In this document: piece after piece, positions 15,001-28,200 of the stretch | Numbering within the stretch: position 1 is the first letter of the stretch | Layout: each line of letters begins with the position of its first letter | Source of the DNA: Trichoplax adhaerens | Taxonomy: Eukaryota > Animalia > Placozoa | DNA: 64,000 bases | Direction of reading: 5' to 3' | NCBI RefSeq assembly: GCF_000150275.1 | Contig: NW_002060943.1 | Span: 4,608,008-4,672,007, forward strand | The notes under the pieces: generated by a model | Databases searched by the model: none | Told to the model about the DNA's origin: nothing | What the model saw: the letters and a program-made list of their open reading frames with translations, nothing else | Translations under genes and position numbers: made by a program

Positions 15001-16210
15001 GTTTATGACTAACTTGGGCAGTTGAGCTGGCACTTTCGTAAAAATAGAACTCATGTAAACTTTACCAGTGCTGAGATTGTTAATAAAAACGAATACATTT
15101 TATTTTTCAACAAAATGAACGTTTTTCGTTATACAGTATGCGAATTGCTAAGAATCTTATTAGAATAGATTTACAGCAAGGAAAGGGTAGGTATTGCCAA
15201 GGAAAATTAGAGAATATGAAATTATCTGTTATACTTTCGTCTTGAGATTACTAACAATAGGAAAATTTGCCTTTAAAAACTTTTAGTCATTCTATTAGCT
15301 TTGCTGCACTTTTGAAGAAAATTATCTTATAATAAAAATACACATCTCACACAGTAATGGGATGATTTCATACCCAGTTGTTTTCTTAAGCATATGGCGG
15401 CGGGACCACGATCATAACTAAACCGACCGCTGTTACTGCTTAAGGTGTTATAGCGTATCAGGCAGAGCACTTTTCATACTCTTTTAACTGTCACGTAGCT
15501 TAGCTAATTAATACAAATGTTACTGATCAGAATTTATTTATTAATTAAATTAAATTCTTTTCATTGCTGACGAACAGATTATTTTATGATAAATGCTTTT
15601 CTATCTAGACCATTTATTTGTTCAAAGTTTAAATTTGAAGATAATGTATGTAATAATGGTAGTACTAAGCCTAAAATAGGTAATCGTGTAGCAATTTTGT
15701 CTAGCGATATTCTTATGTCACGGACTCTTGCACCCAGCAATACCTTCACTTATAAAATATGGTTGCAATATGTTTCTTGTTTGCTTAACTGTTAGATATA
15801 CTAAAACTTCATATAGAATAGTATAGATTGAGATTGAACATTTTACTTATTAATTCTCACGGTACATATTTGCTTGATTATACAGCAGCCAAACCTCGTT
15901 GAAGAAATTCTCTGGAACAAAGTAGTATTGACATTTCATCGTCATCCTTATGAATTAACTGTGAATCAGACTATTTACTGTTGACGATGCTAATGACATT
16001 TAATTTATCATACTCTTCTATATTGCTAAGGTCAATCTTAGCGCAGAAACTTATAAGCTGGTGCTATAGTTGCATATTGTAGTTATTTGGGACAAAGAAT
16101 TGAAAATTAAAACCGGAGATAGGGATCATTACCATCGTTGAACAATTTTTAAGTTGCAATTCCATTTTCTATTATTGGCAACGATAGATGAACGATTAGA
16201 TTATTTCAAT

Positions 16211-19200
16211 ATGTCTATTCCTTTATACGAAAAACGTAACGCAAACTCACTATCAATAAATGGCTTTCCATCGACCTATACAACCGATAGCCAAGATGAC
16301 TGCTCGACCGTAGCAGTTACTCCTATTGCCAGACGCAAAGTTATGAAACATGCAAGTGGCTCCTACAGTCCATCATATCATCATAATTTGTCTTTATCAT
16401 TATATGAATACGATGAGCTAAAATATTTCCGCCCTTTGATTCATGATCGTTGTCCACCATCTATAGAAAAAGGGAACATTATGAAATATGATTTAATCGG
16501 TGTAAGAACATTTGATGCAGTTGCAAAAATTTTACCATAAAATAATTTGCTTTTCCATTACGTCCCTATCGACTATTTTTACATTTTTTAAGTTAAAATT
16601 AAAATATCTATACCGATAACTAAAGTTCACCGATACTTAATTTAGCGATTTAATAGTTTTACTTAGTATTAAATTATTTCTTGCCTTAAAAATTGTTTTA
16701 AATTAGGATGATGATAAAAGAAATTATTACTGACGTACAAAATTAATGAATCAGTGTCTACAGATTTATCGGTATCAGTTGTTCATTCTCGTTTAATGAT
16801 ATTATAGATCAATAAAGCCTTTACTTATTCAATACATCACGATGTTATTAATGGCAATATCGACGGATGTAGAGAGAAAGTGCAGGCAAAATCTTCGTGT
16901 AAGTACCCATTACTCCAAGGCGATTACTATAAATAAGGGTATAATTTGATTGATATCATTTTCTCAAGTATACTACATTCTCTTAACTGTCTCTCTTTCA
17001 AATTAAAGTTTACTTCAGATATAACTATAGCTGATTTTAGCCTTCTGAAAAACTGCTAGATCGATGATATTTTTGTTGCTCTGTACCATTTTTTTATGTT
17101 TTTTATCTTAGATCGTGATATTGCAAATATTTAGGTTACAACATGTATTGGAAAGGTTAAATACAGTAAATAGCATGAAATTTAATATTCTACTAGGTTA
17201 AATAGATTAGCCGAATGACTAGAAATCTTCATTGGCAGCAGATTTAACATTTTAAATTCCTTATAACTGATGCTGTAGTTTGGATTAATGATTTATCAGC
17301 ACTGTGCCTACAGTATTTCATGAAACCCTCAATCTCTACTAAAGTCGGAGCAAATCTGAACACTTAGAGCTTTATAATTACGTCACCTTCTTTCTTATCG
17401 TGATTAATAATATAACTGAAAGTCTATATGTGAACTTGGCGTAGATCTTTCTTTATCAATGTCGAGATATGTTATATTCAGCTGATTCGGGTACACGCTT
17501 ACTCCGATATGTAGATATTTTTAAGGATCAGAGAGATTGAAAAACTATTTCTTAATTCCAGGTGTTAATTCTCAGGATACATTTGGTAAAACAGCACTTC
17601 ACTATGCCATTGAAACCGAAGCTAGTAATATTGTTACTTATCTCCTCGAAAGTAACTGTAATTTAAATATTGGTGATAATAATGGCGTTACTGCTCTACA
17701 TACAGCAGTTAAAGTAGGAAATTTATCCCTGGTTCAGGTATATATCATGTCGGTATTTGTATAGCGCTCGTAGCCAACAGCAATATAATACTGCATTGAT
17801 TATATATATATATATATACTTGATACACGTGTTGTCTTTTCTTCATAATCAATTTATTAATTTTACGTTTCTTCTCTATCACTATAATTAAGATTCTACT
17901 AGCGGAAGAAAGCATTAATGTAAATTGCGTAGATAATCAAGGGATGGCGCCATTACATTTAGCTGCAGTCACGAATAAGGAATTAATTTGCAGCGAATTA
18001 GTAAGTAAAAATTGATCAAGCTTTACATAGTCTGTGCTGCAAAAATTTAAATTTTTCAGCGAATTTAAGGAAAAAACTACTCCTAAAGAATGTGTATTTT
18101 TGCAAACTTGATCATTAACTATAACGATGATGTCAAAAGTCTGATATATCGTATGCCTTGAATTTGTTATTTCTTGACTAATAAATTTATCGATAAAGCC
18201 AACTGAGGTACTATATGTTAAATTAATTGCTACGCAGAAAATCTTTCCACACTAGCGGCTTACATGCAGTAGGTTTGAATGAATATACTTTAATGAAATT
18301 ACAAGTATTTGTTATCTAAAGCGATAAAATTATAGTGTTACTAACTTAATCAGTATTAGATTGTTAATCCTATAATTTGACGCTGCTATAACTTCTTTGC
18401 CTTTCAGATGCCAAGCAAAATGTTTAAAAACATAATAGCAATTCTGATATTATTTAATCTAATTTTTAAATAGTTTCTGCCTTTGCTCTTTAAAAGATTT
18501 TATCTGCTAAAAACCTGTATGATAGTGTATGGAATGCATAAAGATGTAGCTATGCAACTGTAAATATTGTTTAAGATGTAGATAGCTGAATCAGATTATT
18601 ATTCAAACTAGAAAAAAAATTTAGATTTAATGAATATTTTTAATTATGCTTGACTCCTAGCTGACGGCTAATGCAATCGTCTTCATCGAAGACGATGATC
18701 ATATGACACCTGTTGCTTATGCCGCTAAGAATGGATATGGGGATTTATTGAGGATGTTTTTTAGTCATGGTTAGTACTGGTAGAAAATTAATTTATTACC
18801 GTGTGAAATTACTTGAAGATTCGTTCAAATCTTTCACTTAGCTCTTCTTGGCCTGCAAATTATGTAAATTAAATTAATTTCTACTCGATAATATTATTCG
18901 ATTTCTTAATCGATAAGGTTAATCGATTTAATTATATTTTCCATTGGGTATTATCGTTAATCATTATTATGTTATCTGAACTGCATTTCAAATGAAGTAA
19001 TGTCTCAAATTCGGTATTGTTTTTTCATGGTAGTAGTAGCAAATAAAGTCTATTGTGCACATTAAGCTATAAAATTGCTGAATTTTATGATCATATTGAT
19101 ACAGTTTGACGAAGAAGAGGGCTGATAGAGCGATTCTAAGGGAAATTGTTCCATCGTCTCTGTAGATTAGATTACTCAGAATCTATTTATGTCGTCTAGT

Positions 19201-22200
19201 AATATTATAGTGAGATACTTTAGTGCCAAATAATTTTTGGACAAATGCAGAATTATAACATTACCTCTATTATTGTGTCTGCATATGCTGCTCATCGATT
19301 TAACAGAAAATGATACTATAAGTGGCATTTTATTTTCAAGAAATTTTTCGTGAAATATCACAATTTAATCTTTTTTTCAGTGAAAAGCAAAGGTTGGGAA
19401 GTAGACGAATTACTATATGATTGTGGATCTCCTAAAACGACATTACTTCATCTAGCCGTGCAAGGCTCCTCGTTACCGGTTAATCAATATTAACAGTGGA
19501 GATTAAAATTAATTATTTACAGGAAGGAAATAATAACTTTTAAATTTTAATGCTTTCTTTTTCACCTAAAATCCAGGCTGTTAAGCTGCTATTACGTAAT
19601 AATGCCAATGTATCAAGTAAAAGGGTACGTATTTAAAGATGAGAAACAGCAGTTAATAACAAAGCTGCGATACAAATTTTGAACATCGTCATCGTACGGT
19701 AAAAAAAGTTTTATAAGCGATTCAATGTCGTCTTATATTATTTCTATTTTTAATGCAAATTTTCATTCCTAAGTAAATCTTAATTTAGTTTACATTAATT
19801 AGCAATTGATCATATGAAATAGTTATGACTTAACAGCTCAATCTTTATATAACTTTGCGTATGCTAGATTATAACAAAAATACTTATACTCCGAGACACT
19901 AAAGACGACAACTACTGTTTTTTTTTGGAGGTACTATAAGAACTAAGTACTACATGACATACGGTTTATATTTTTATCGTAGGATTCAGACGGAAATACG
20001 CCTGTTCATGTTGCTGCTGCTTGTGGCTCCTTAGCAATTATACGCTGTTTAATAGGCAATACAGAAGTGGAAAACAATGCTAGCAGTAAGGATGAGAGTC
20101 ACGAAAATATTAAAATTAATCTCGGTGTTGAAGTAATAAATAGTGAAGGTGCTACTCCGTTACATGAGTAAGTAGAATTTACGTATTAGATATCATCCAA
20201 ATATAGTTCAGGACTTATCGTTTCCTTTCTCACACCTATACTTTGTATTTTCGATAGAGCTGCAAAATTTGGCCACGATGTTATCGTAAAATACCTTATA
20301 AGTTGTGTGAGTATAATAGGGAAGACGTAATCATATTATCATTATTTGAATAAATTTTCGATATTTATACCCTTATTATTGATTGAGTATGGTTTGTATA
20401 GTTCTTATATATATGCTAATAGATTAACTTAATTAGGGTATAGATGTAAATGACATCGACATTAAGAAAAAAACACCACTGATGGTTGCAGCTGAATCAG
20501 GAAGTATGACAACGGTGAAATTGCTGCTGGAGCAAAGTGCAGATGCGACCATATTAGACAGAGCTAACAAATCATGCCTACATTATTCTATTGGAAATTA
20601 TGAAATTATGAAAGTAATTTTAGAACACTTTTTAAAGGTAAGCGAAATCATTAGATAAAGAAATGTAATCTCAACTAGTAGTTTTGAATTTCATTTATAT
20701 TGTGATAAATAGCGTGGATACTGTCAAATTCTCGGTTATTGTATTATTTGTCATACTTAGGAAGAGAAATTTAAGGAATTAGTTGACGCTAAAGATGTCA
20801 CAGGATCAACAGCATTACATTACGCAAGTAAAGTCGGAAATTCACAGGTAAAAGTCATTCGTAAGAAGAAATATCAGGTGTTATAATCGCAAATGTTATG
20901 GTTTATTCCAATTTTAGTACTCATTGATGCTACTCTTTTACAGTCTTCTATGCTATACTTGCTTTACAAAAAAATTCGATATCGACAAATTAGAGATATT
21001 TTCTTGTTGAAGCTAAGGCGCTATATGTTAGTGTTAATTAAAGTATCAATCATTTTCCAATACCCAATAAGCATGCTAATGCATCTGATATATCCTACAA
21101 TTTCAATCGTTGATTTGTCGATAGCTGATACATAAAGCATTTTTCAATAACTGCTAGCAAAGTAAGAAGTGCAACAAAACTTTTGATTTTAGTGCCATTT
21201 TATTGCCAACTTTAATTACAAACTCTGCCGATAAGCGAAAAACTTAGACGAAGTTAAAGTTATCAGATACGATATTTTCTGAAATTAAAACTTATCAAAC
21301 GTAATGCGCTGCATACTAACAATTATTTAATTGCGGTAACGTTTTTGGATACCTTCTACTTTCAAATTTTAGGAGGTACTAGCTCTCCTCGGTGCAGGAG
21401 CAAATGCTAATAGTGTCAACAGATTTAAAGAAACATGCTTTCACGTTGCAACTTGGTAAGTCTATAAATGAAAACTTTCTGTGTTTTTCAATGCGACGCT
21501 TATTTACTCTTGGAAGTACTTGTACAAACTATAGAATTAAGTGACATATCCAGTAAGTTCTGGTATGCTTAGCCTTTAAAAGTACAGTTAAGATATTTAT
21601 TTTAATACTGAATAATTTTTCAATATAGATTTTAATTCATAATAAGTGCAGCTCATTTTATTAATCTATTGTACTTTACGATCAATATCATAAATAATTC
21701 ATTCTTGGCAGCATATTTAAGTTGAATATTGTTACTGCTAATAGATTTGTTTACTATCCGCATGCACTTATAGCCTTAACTTCTCGAGTGCTTCAGTTAG
21801 TGGGATGAAATTATTTTCGACAGATTATTTATTTATATAACTTATACGTGATCGTCTATTTTTGCACCCATATAAATTGATATATAGATGAATAGCCTAA
21901 TATTATTTTTATTTTTCTCGTTAATCAATATTCAAGCTACGGCCATCTTGATATCCTCAAGATATTAGTTAAATATCAAGATGAAAAAACAATCGATTTT
22001 ATGGATGATCAGGATAGAACACCATTGCATGTAGCTGCATGGAATGGATATGAAGATATCATTTCCTATCTTTCATCTTCAAATGCACATATTAAACCGT
22101 AAGGATAGATTTTTGAGGAAAAAGGGTGGAAAATTTTCAGCAATAAAGCCCTTACAGTATACACGTATATGATATTGGCCGTCTACTAATCTTAAGAATG

Positions 22201-25200
22201 TTCTGATAAGTTATACTCTCTCATATTTTATTTAATTTCTAGAGATTGTGATGGCAGAACACCTCTACACTTTGCAGCATGCAATGGACATTTAAAATGC
22301 CTACAACTTTTAGTTCAGAGAAATGTATCAGCAGTTAATGAAGCCGATAAGCAATCGGTACAGTAATTACAAACATTATTTAACTTGGTGTAGTAGTCGT
22401 CAAAATATCTCTGTTCCCCAAATTTAAGCTGGTAGATTTCAAGGACATGCAATTAGTTTAACATTTCCACTTTTAATTTTCTCCACTAGGAGACGCCTTT
22501 ACATATTGCTGCTTGGTCCGGCCACGCAAAAATTGTAAAATACTTACTGTCCCTGAAAAAGCAGATGGTTACATTAAATATTCGTAGCCAAAATCCGCTG
22601 GATGTAGCAGTGGTGACAAAGAATGAAGATGTTGCATTGGCAATAATCAAGCACAAAAGGTAAGATATAAATTAAACGAAACTTCAACTGGTGCCTTGTT
22701 GATATATTCTTATTTAACTATCACAGGATTAATAATTACTTTAGATACAAAACTAATATTTTGATTTTCAACATCATATTATTCTAATTAAAGGATTAAA
22801 AAGATTTTACGACGTTTTATTAACAGTATCTACATTTCTGATTGAGAACTAATAACAAATATTTGCTCCAGTATAGCGAATAAATGTTGAAATTTTGGCA
22901 TTTGCTACTATGGATAATGATGAGTTAATACACTCACATAGTTGAATTACCATTTTCCATAACGTGGAATAGAATTAGATATCGCAGTTACAAATCTAAA
23001 TTCTCACAAGTTACAACAGATAGTCAGGAATTATTTAAAAATACGTATCAGTACCCTCATCTACTTACTATTTTCATTAATGTCACATTTAAGGTGGCGT
23101 GATTTTATTTACCGAACAAAGACTGGAAATTGTACACAGATACAAATTTTAATAGCTAGAATGCCAGCAGCAGCAAAGGTAATTTTGTTTTTTTGATTAG
23201 TTTTTAATTCCTTAATTAATTACTCGTAAGAATGATAGGTACAATATCGCTCTTGCTAAAGTATAAATAAATGTGGTCTTGCTACTATAGCTTTTAATGG
23301 ATCGGTGCATTAGCATACAAGGTTCTCCCAGTCAAGGAAATTATAAGGTAAATCACTTTCTGCTCTATAATCATTGTAATTCATAGAATATGCGTAAATC
23401 ATCTTACCAACAAGAAATGTGATATCGAGGAATTACTCATAACCTCCAAGTATTCAAAATACGAAACATAAATTTATTTTTGATAGTTATGGTACCACCA
23501 TAATGTAAAATAGTTAGTTCACTCATATTTCTAATTATATACGATATTTGTTATTAATACAACTTATTTCTTGATCTGATAATGGTAGTTAACAATTTAC
23601 CCTATTTAATATTTGTTGAAAGTTATAGTACCACATAACTTGATATAATTTGTTCACTCGTAAATTTAATTATGTATGATATTTACTGTTAATGCCGATT
23701 ATTTTTTGCTCCGATAATAATAGACAACAATTTACGCTGTTTAATATTTGTTGAACTTAAGACGCTACTTTAGCATGAAATATGGTTTGCTCACCAGTAA
23801 TCTTAATTAAAAACAATAGTTATTAATATCAGTTATTTTTCGTTTCTGATAATATAATAGTAGATAACAATTTGCACTGTTTAGTATTTTTCGAAGGCTA
23901 TGGTAATACCACAACGTGCAATATTTGTAGCTCACTCGTAATTTTAATCATAAACAATATTTATTATTCAAGCAAATTATATTTTGTGCTGATAGTGCTA
24001 GATAAGAATTTAGACTGTTTAGTATATATTGAAAGCTATGGTACAGCTATAAATTAAAACATAGTATCCTCGCTTGTAACTTCAAATACACATGATGGTT
24101 ATTAACGAAAATTATTTTTTTGGCCTGATAATATAATAATAGTAAAAAAATTACAATACACTATTTAATGTTTTTTTGAAATTTATGGCACTACTAAAAC
24201 GTGAAATAGAGCTCGCTCATAATTTTAATTATACACGATATTTATTATTACGTAAATTATTAATACAAATAATTTTTGCTCCAAAAGTAATAGATAAAAA
24301 ATTTACACCATTTAATATTTCTTGAAAGTTAATGGTACTGCCATATCATGTCATTTAGTTTATACACTTATAATTTTAATTATATGCAATATTTATCATT
24401 GATACAAAATACTACTTGCTCCGGTAATAGCAATCGCTGATTAATACCATTTATTTCTTTTAGATAATTTATGAATTTGAATTTCTTCAAGGCCAACCAC
24501 AGAGTGCAGAAGATGGAGTTAAACAATCACTTCAAGCATTTCAGGTTAATTCTACAGACAGATAGAGCTGAGCTTATTTCGCATTAGCGGTATTAACGTT
24601 ATTATTCATCTGTGTAATTTTGCGTCGGCGTTTACTGCAGCTACGTTATTAATTTTATATAGGAAAGCTTGTTATTATATAATTATAATTAATGCTGTCA
24701 CGATTACTACAATTAGACAATGGTTGATTATGATCGGGAAAACTGTTTAGTGCATCCCCTCAGCAATGCCCTTTTGAAATATAAATGGTACATGGCATTG
24801 ATTTAACAGCAATGACATTAAATTTGAAGATTTTGTGAGCTCCCTAGTCGTTGTTTTAACCGCTAACAATTTGATTAAGATAAATTTCTTTGCTTTTCTA
24901 GGGATAAATATGGATGGATTGCCTACTTAGTAAACGTGCTGACTTTTGCAACTTTCTTGACATTACTAACATATCAGATTATTTCTAATTCCATTGCTTA
25001 TATTAACGATTATCCACAAATGGTAGAGTGTAAAAATGTAACGAATCTCAGCTTAACAAATCTACATCAGTCCGTATGTACAGCTATATTTCGAATTTTA
25101 GCTTACTTAAGGATTATTATGATCATTCTTGACATTTAATAACACATCAAATTATTTTCAATTTTCTTACTTATTTTAACGATTATCCATATATGGTGGT

Positions 25201-28200
25201 GTGCGAAATGTAACAAATCAGAACTTAACAACAGGCCTAAATCGGACCGTATGTACAGCTATATTTTTAATTTTAGCTTATGTATTATGGATTATCAGAC
25301 TTAAGCATGCGCTGTATAACCCAAATAATCCTTCAAACATTCGCAATTTCATTTTAGGGCTCTAAAAGCACTTTACTTAAAATAAACTATAATTCGGACG
25401 TTTGTTGCTTTCTCGGCAAAAGTTATTGATTTACGAAATTTACGTTTAATGATTCCTTCGATGTACAGTCTACAGAATTCATTTCGACTCTATTTATACG
25501 AGTATATCTACTATATATTAAACGCCTGTATTTCTTTTAATAGCTTACTAAACCAGCACAAAAGATACAATGATTTATAGAGCAGTGCAATAAGTATCTC
25601 GTTTAGCAATTAAAGTTTATAATTAGTCAATAGCTAGAACATGCTTACAGAATATTTATCCTCTATTTCGTTGTCACAAACTTAGGTTGCGAACTACTAC
25701 ACTAAACTAATAGATTACTTATGCCTTGCTCCACTACACCTGGAGATCTACTGTATGGTAGTTCTTTACTACTTTCGGTCACACAGAGATAAGACTGTTC
25801 TAAAAGATTAGTATAGTTTTTATTAGTAGAGTAGCCGAGTACCTTCTCGTACACGATCTAATAAGGAACTCAAGAACTGAGCATTCGCTCGTCCTTTTAT
25901 ACCATTCCACTAAATTTATGGTGCACACATAGTAACTTGACAATATAAGATTTACATGATTTGTATACGCGATAATCGCACGATAAGTGCGCGATAGTCA
26001 CACGATAAATGCGCGATAATCGCACGATAAATGCGCGATAATCACACGATAAATGCGCGATAATCGCACGATAAATGCATGATAATCGCGCGTACGTAGC
26101 GGGTGCTAACGTATCGCCATTATTAATATCTACTGTATATAGGCTCTACTAATTAATTGCAAATACAATTATGCCTTTTGTCGTCTAGCAATCTAGACAT
26201 TAATATTCTTAATTTCAATTACGCTTACCAATATGATCCATTAGCTAAATACTGACAAAATCTATTTAATTAGCAAGTACGGTGCTTTGCTCCGTAACAT
26301 TCGTCTTTACAGTTTCTTTTTGTTATATATTTTTGCATATTTATAGTGACTTTACACAGTCAATGATTTATCAAATTAAGTAAAGCGTTGCAAAATAATT
26401 TTAAGTCAAATACATAATTGTAGTGTATAGTAATGGATATCTCCTGAAACGCAATTTAAGTTCCGATGTCTTAAAATATTGCTTTCCTGAATAATTAAAA
26501 GAAATGAAGATATTTTGCTGTAATATAAATGCTAAAAAGGGTTAACCCTGATTCTGAAGCTGTGGATTCTTACCAAAAGTCTGTTAATTTTTATACCTTT
26601 CTAGCTTATACTGAGATGTTCAAGCTGTACCGGTACGGAAACAGTATTAATCATTTTTTGTGCACTTATCCTGTTCAAAGAAATGGTGCAATTATTTCAT
26701 CAGGTAATACTAGTACGGCGAAATTCAGACTTATTATATGAGCAAAGTAATACGATAACTAGATAAAATATTAATAGTAATAAATGACTCCGGATTTTAA
26801 CTTCTGGTATGGTTTTAACATGAGATATCTAAGATCTAATTAATAATTTATGATCTTCTTGTTTCAGAGATTAAAGTATTTTGATTTTACCAACATGCTG
26901 GAAATTACTCTATATATTTCAACCTTTTTATACGTAATACCCTGCAATGAATATAAGAGTAGTTATCAACGAAACTTTGGCGCATTAGCTATTCTGGCAG
27001 GGTGGTTAGATTTAATCTTATATGTACGAAGGTACGAGATTTTTAAACTTTATGGTGTATCTAAATTTCTAACTTTGGTGTCTACTATTTAAGGCTTTAA
27101 ATTACTAAATTTTTGAATTATAAAGTTAATAATCTATTATCTATAGGATTCGTATACTTGTATTGACAGTTTTCAAGTCATTCTGAAAGTTGTCTCACAG
27201 TTTATCTATCTTAAAGCTAAGGTGGTTACCTTCTTTATGAATTAGGATTTCCTTCCATGGAATATATATTATCATGATATCAACTATGCTAATAACATTA
27301 TTTCAGGTATTTTAATCAATCGATCAAATTTCAATATTTTTATCAATAAAATTGTAGCAAAAATAGACTATAATTCTAATATATTCATTGGTAGATTTAG
27401 TTACATGCTACTGTAAGCAGCTCCTGTCTAACAATAAATCTCAGATTTGCGTGGGCCTAGATCGTTAGAAACGAAATACTAAAATTATGTTATATAAAAA
27501 TTTCATTTGCATGAGTAAATCAAATTTGTAATTTTATTCTATTACATTTACTAATATTGTATTTATTGTGATATTCGCAATTTGAAGCGATAGCTAGTTA
27601 AGTAGAATGAAATTTAGATGCATAAGGGTACAGTATACAATGGTTTATGCTAATAAAAATTACAGAGGAAGTAATCACATCTATATGCTTCATTACTAGT
27701 TTTATAAATCTAATTAATGATACTGATTCATATAGGTTCTAATATTGGTAGTAATTTTCATATTTGCTTTTGGATGTGCCTTTATGGTTCTATATACTAA
27801 AGAGGTAATACGTGTTTTTAGCATATAAAGTTGGCACGAAAATTATTTCTACTTTAATTGAGTTAAAATCGTACTGTAATTCAGCATACAGATTGCCGTC
27901 ACTAACGACTACAACAGCCCAGTTTTATGCAGATGTGATAATAAATTCTAATTAACTACCTTTTAATTATATTATATAATGAGAATTCAACTGTTGGAAG
28001 TATAGTACTTGTAACTGATGCTATCATAGTAGTAAAATACATATTTTTTATCACTTTACTTAAATTTGTTAGAGTTAGTACTATTGTGCAATGTCCTAAT
28101 GTTGTTGAATGCAGACAGCGATGTCATATCACGCAATGCAAAGGTTTTCGGTCAAATCAATTATTGCAATGACGTAAAGTCTTATCGGCTTTCTATTTTA

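Noticed and set aside
4435-15795. Short 60-97 aa ORFs in the left 16 kb
   Set aside because: No domain motifs, composition typical of random AT-rich DNA, and no consistent exon chain.
26529-26741. Listed ORF frame (..YTEMFKLYR..) as the TRPA S2 exon
   Set aside because: Its phases do not join the neighbouring exons. The alternative frame 26605-26703 (VLIIFCALILFKEMVQLFHQ) fits both phases and matches the S2 helix.
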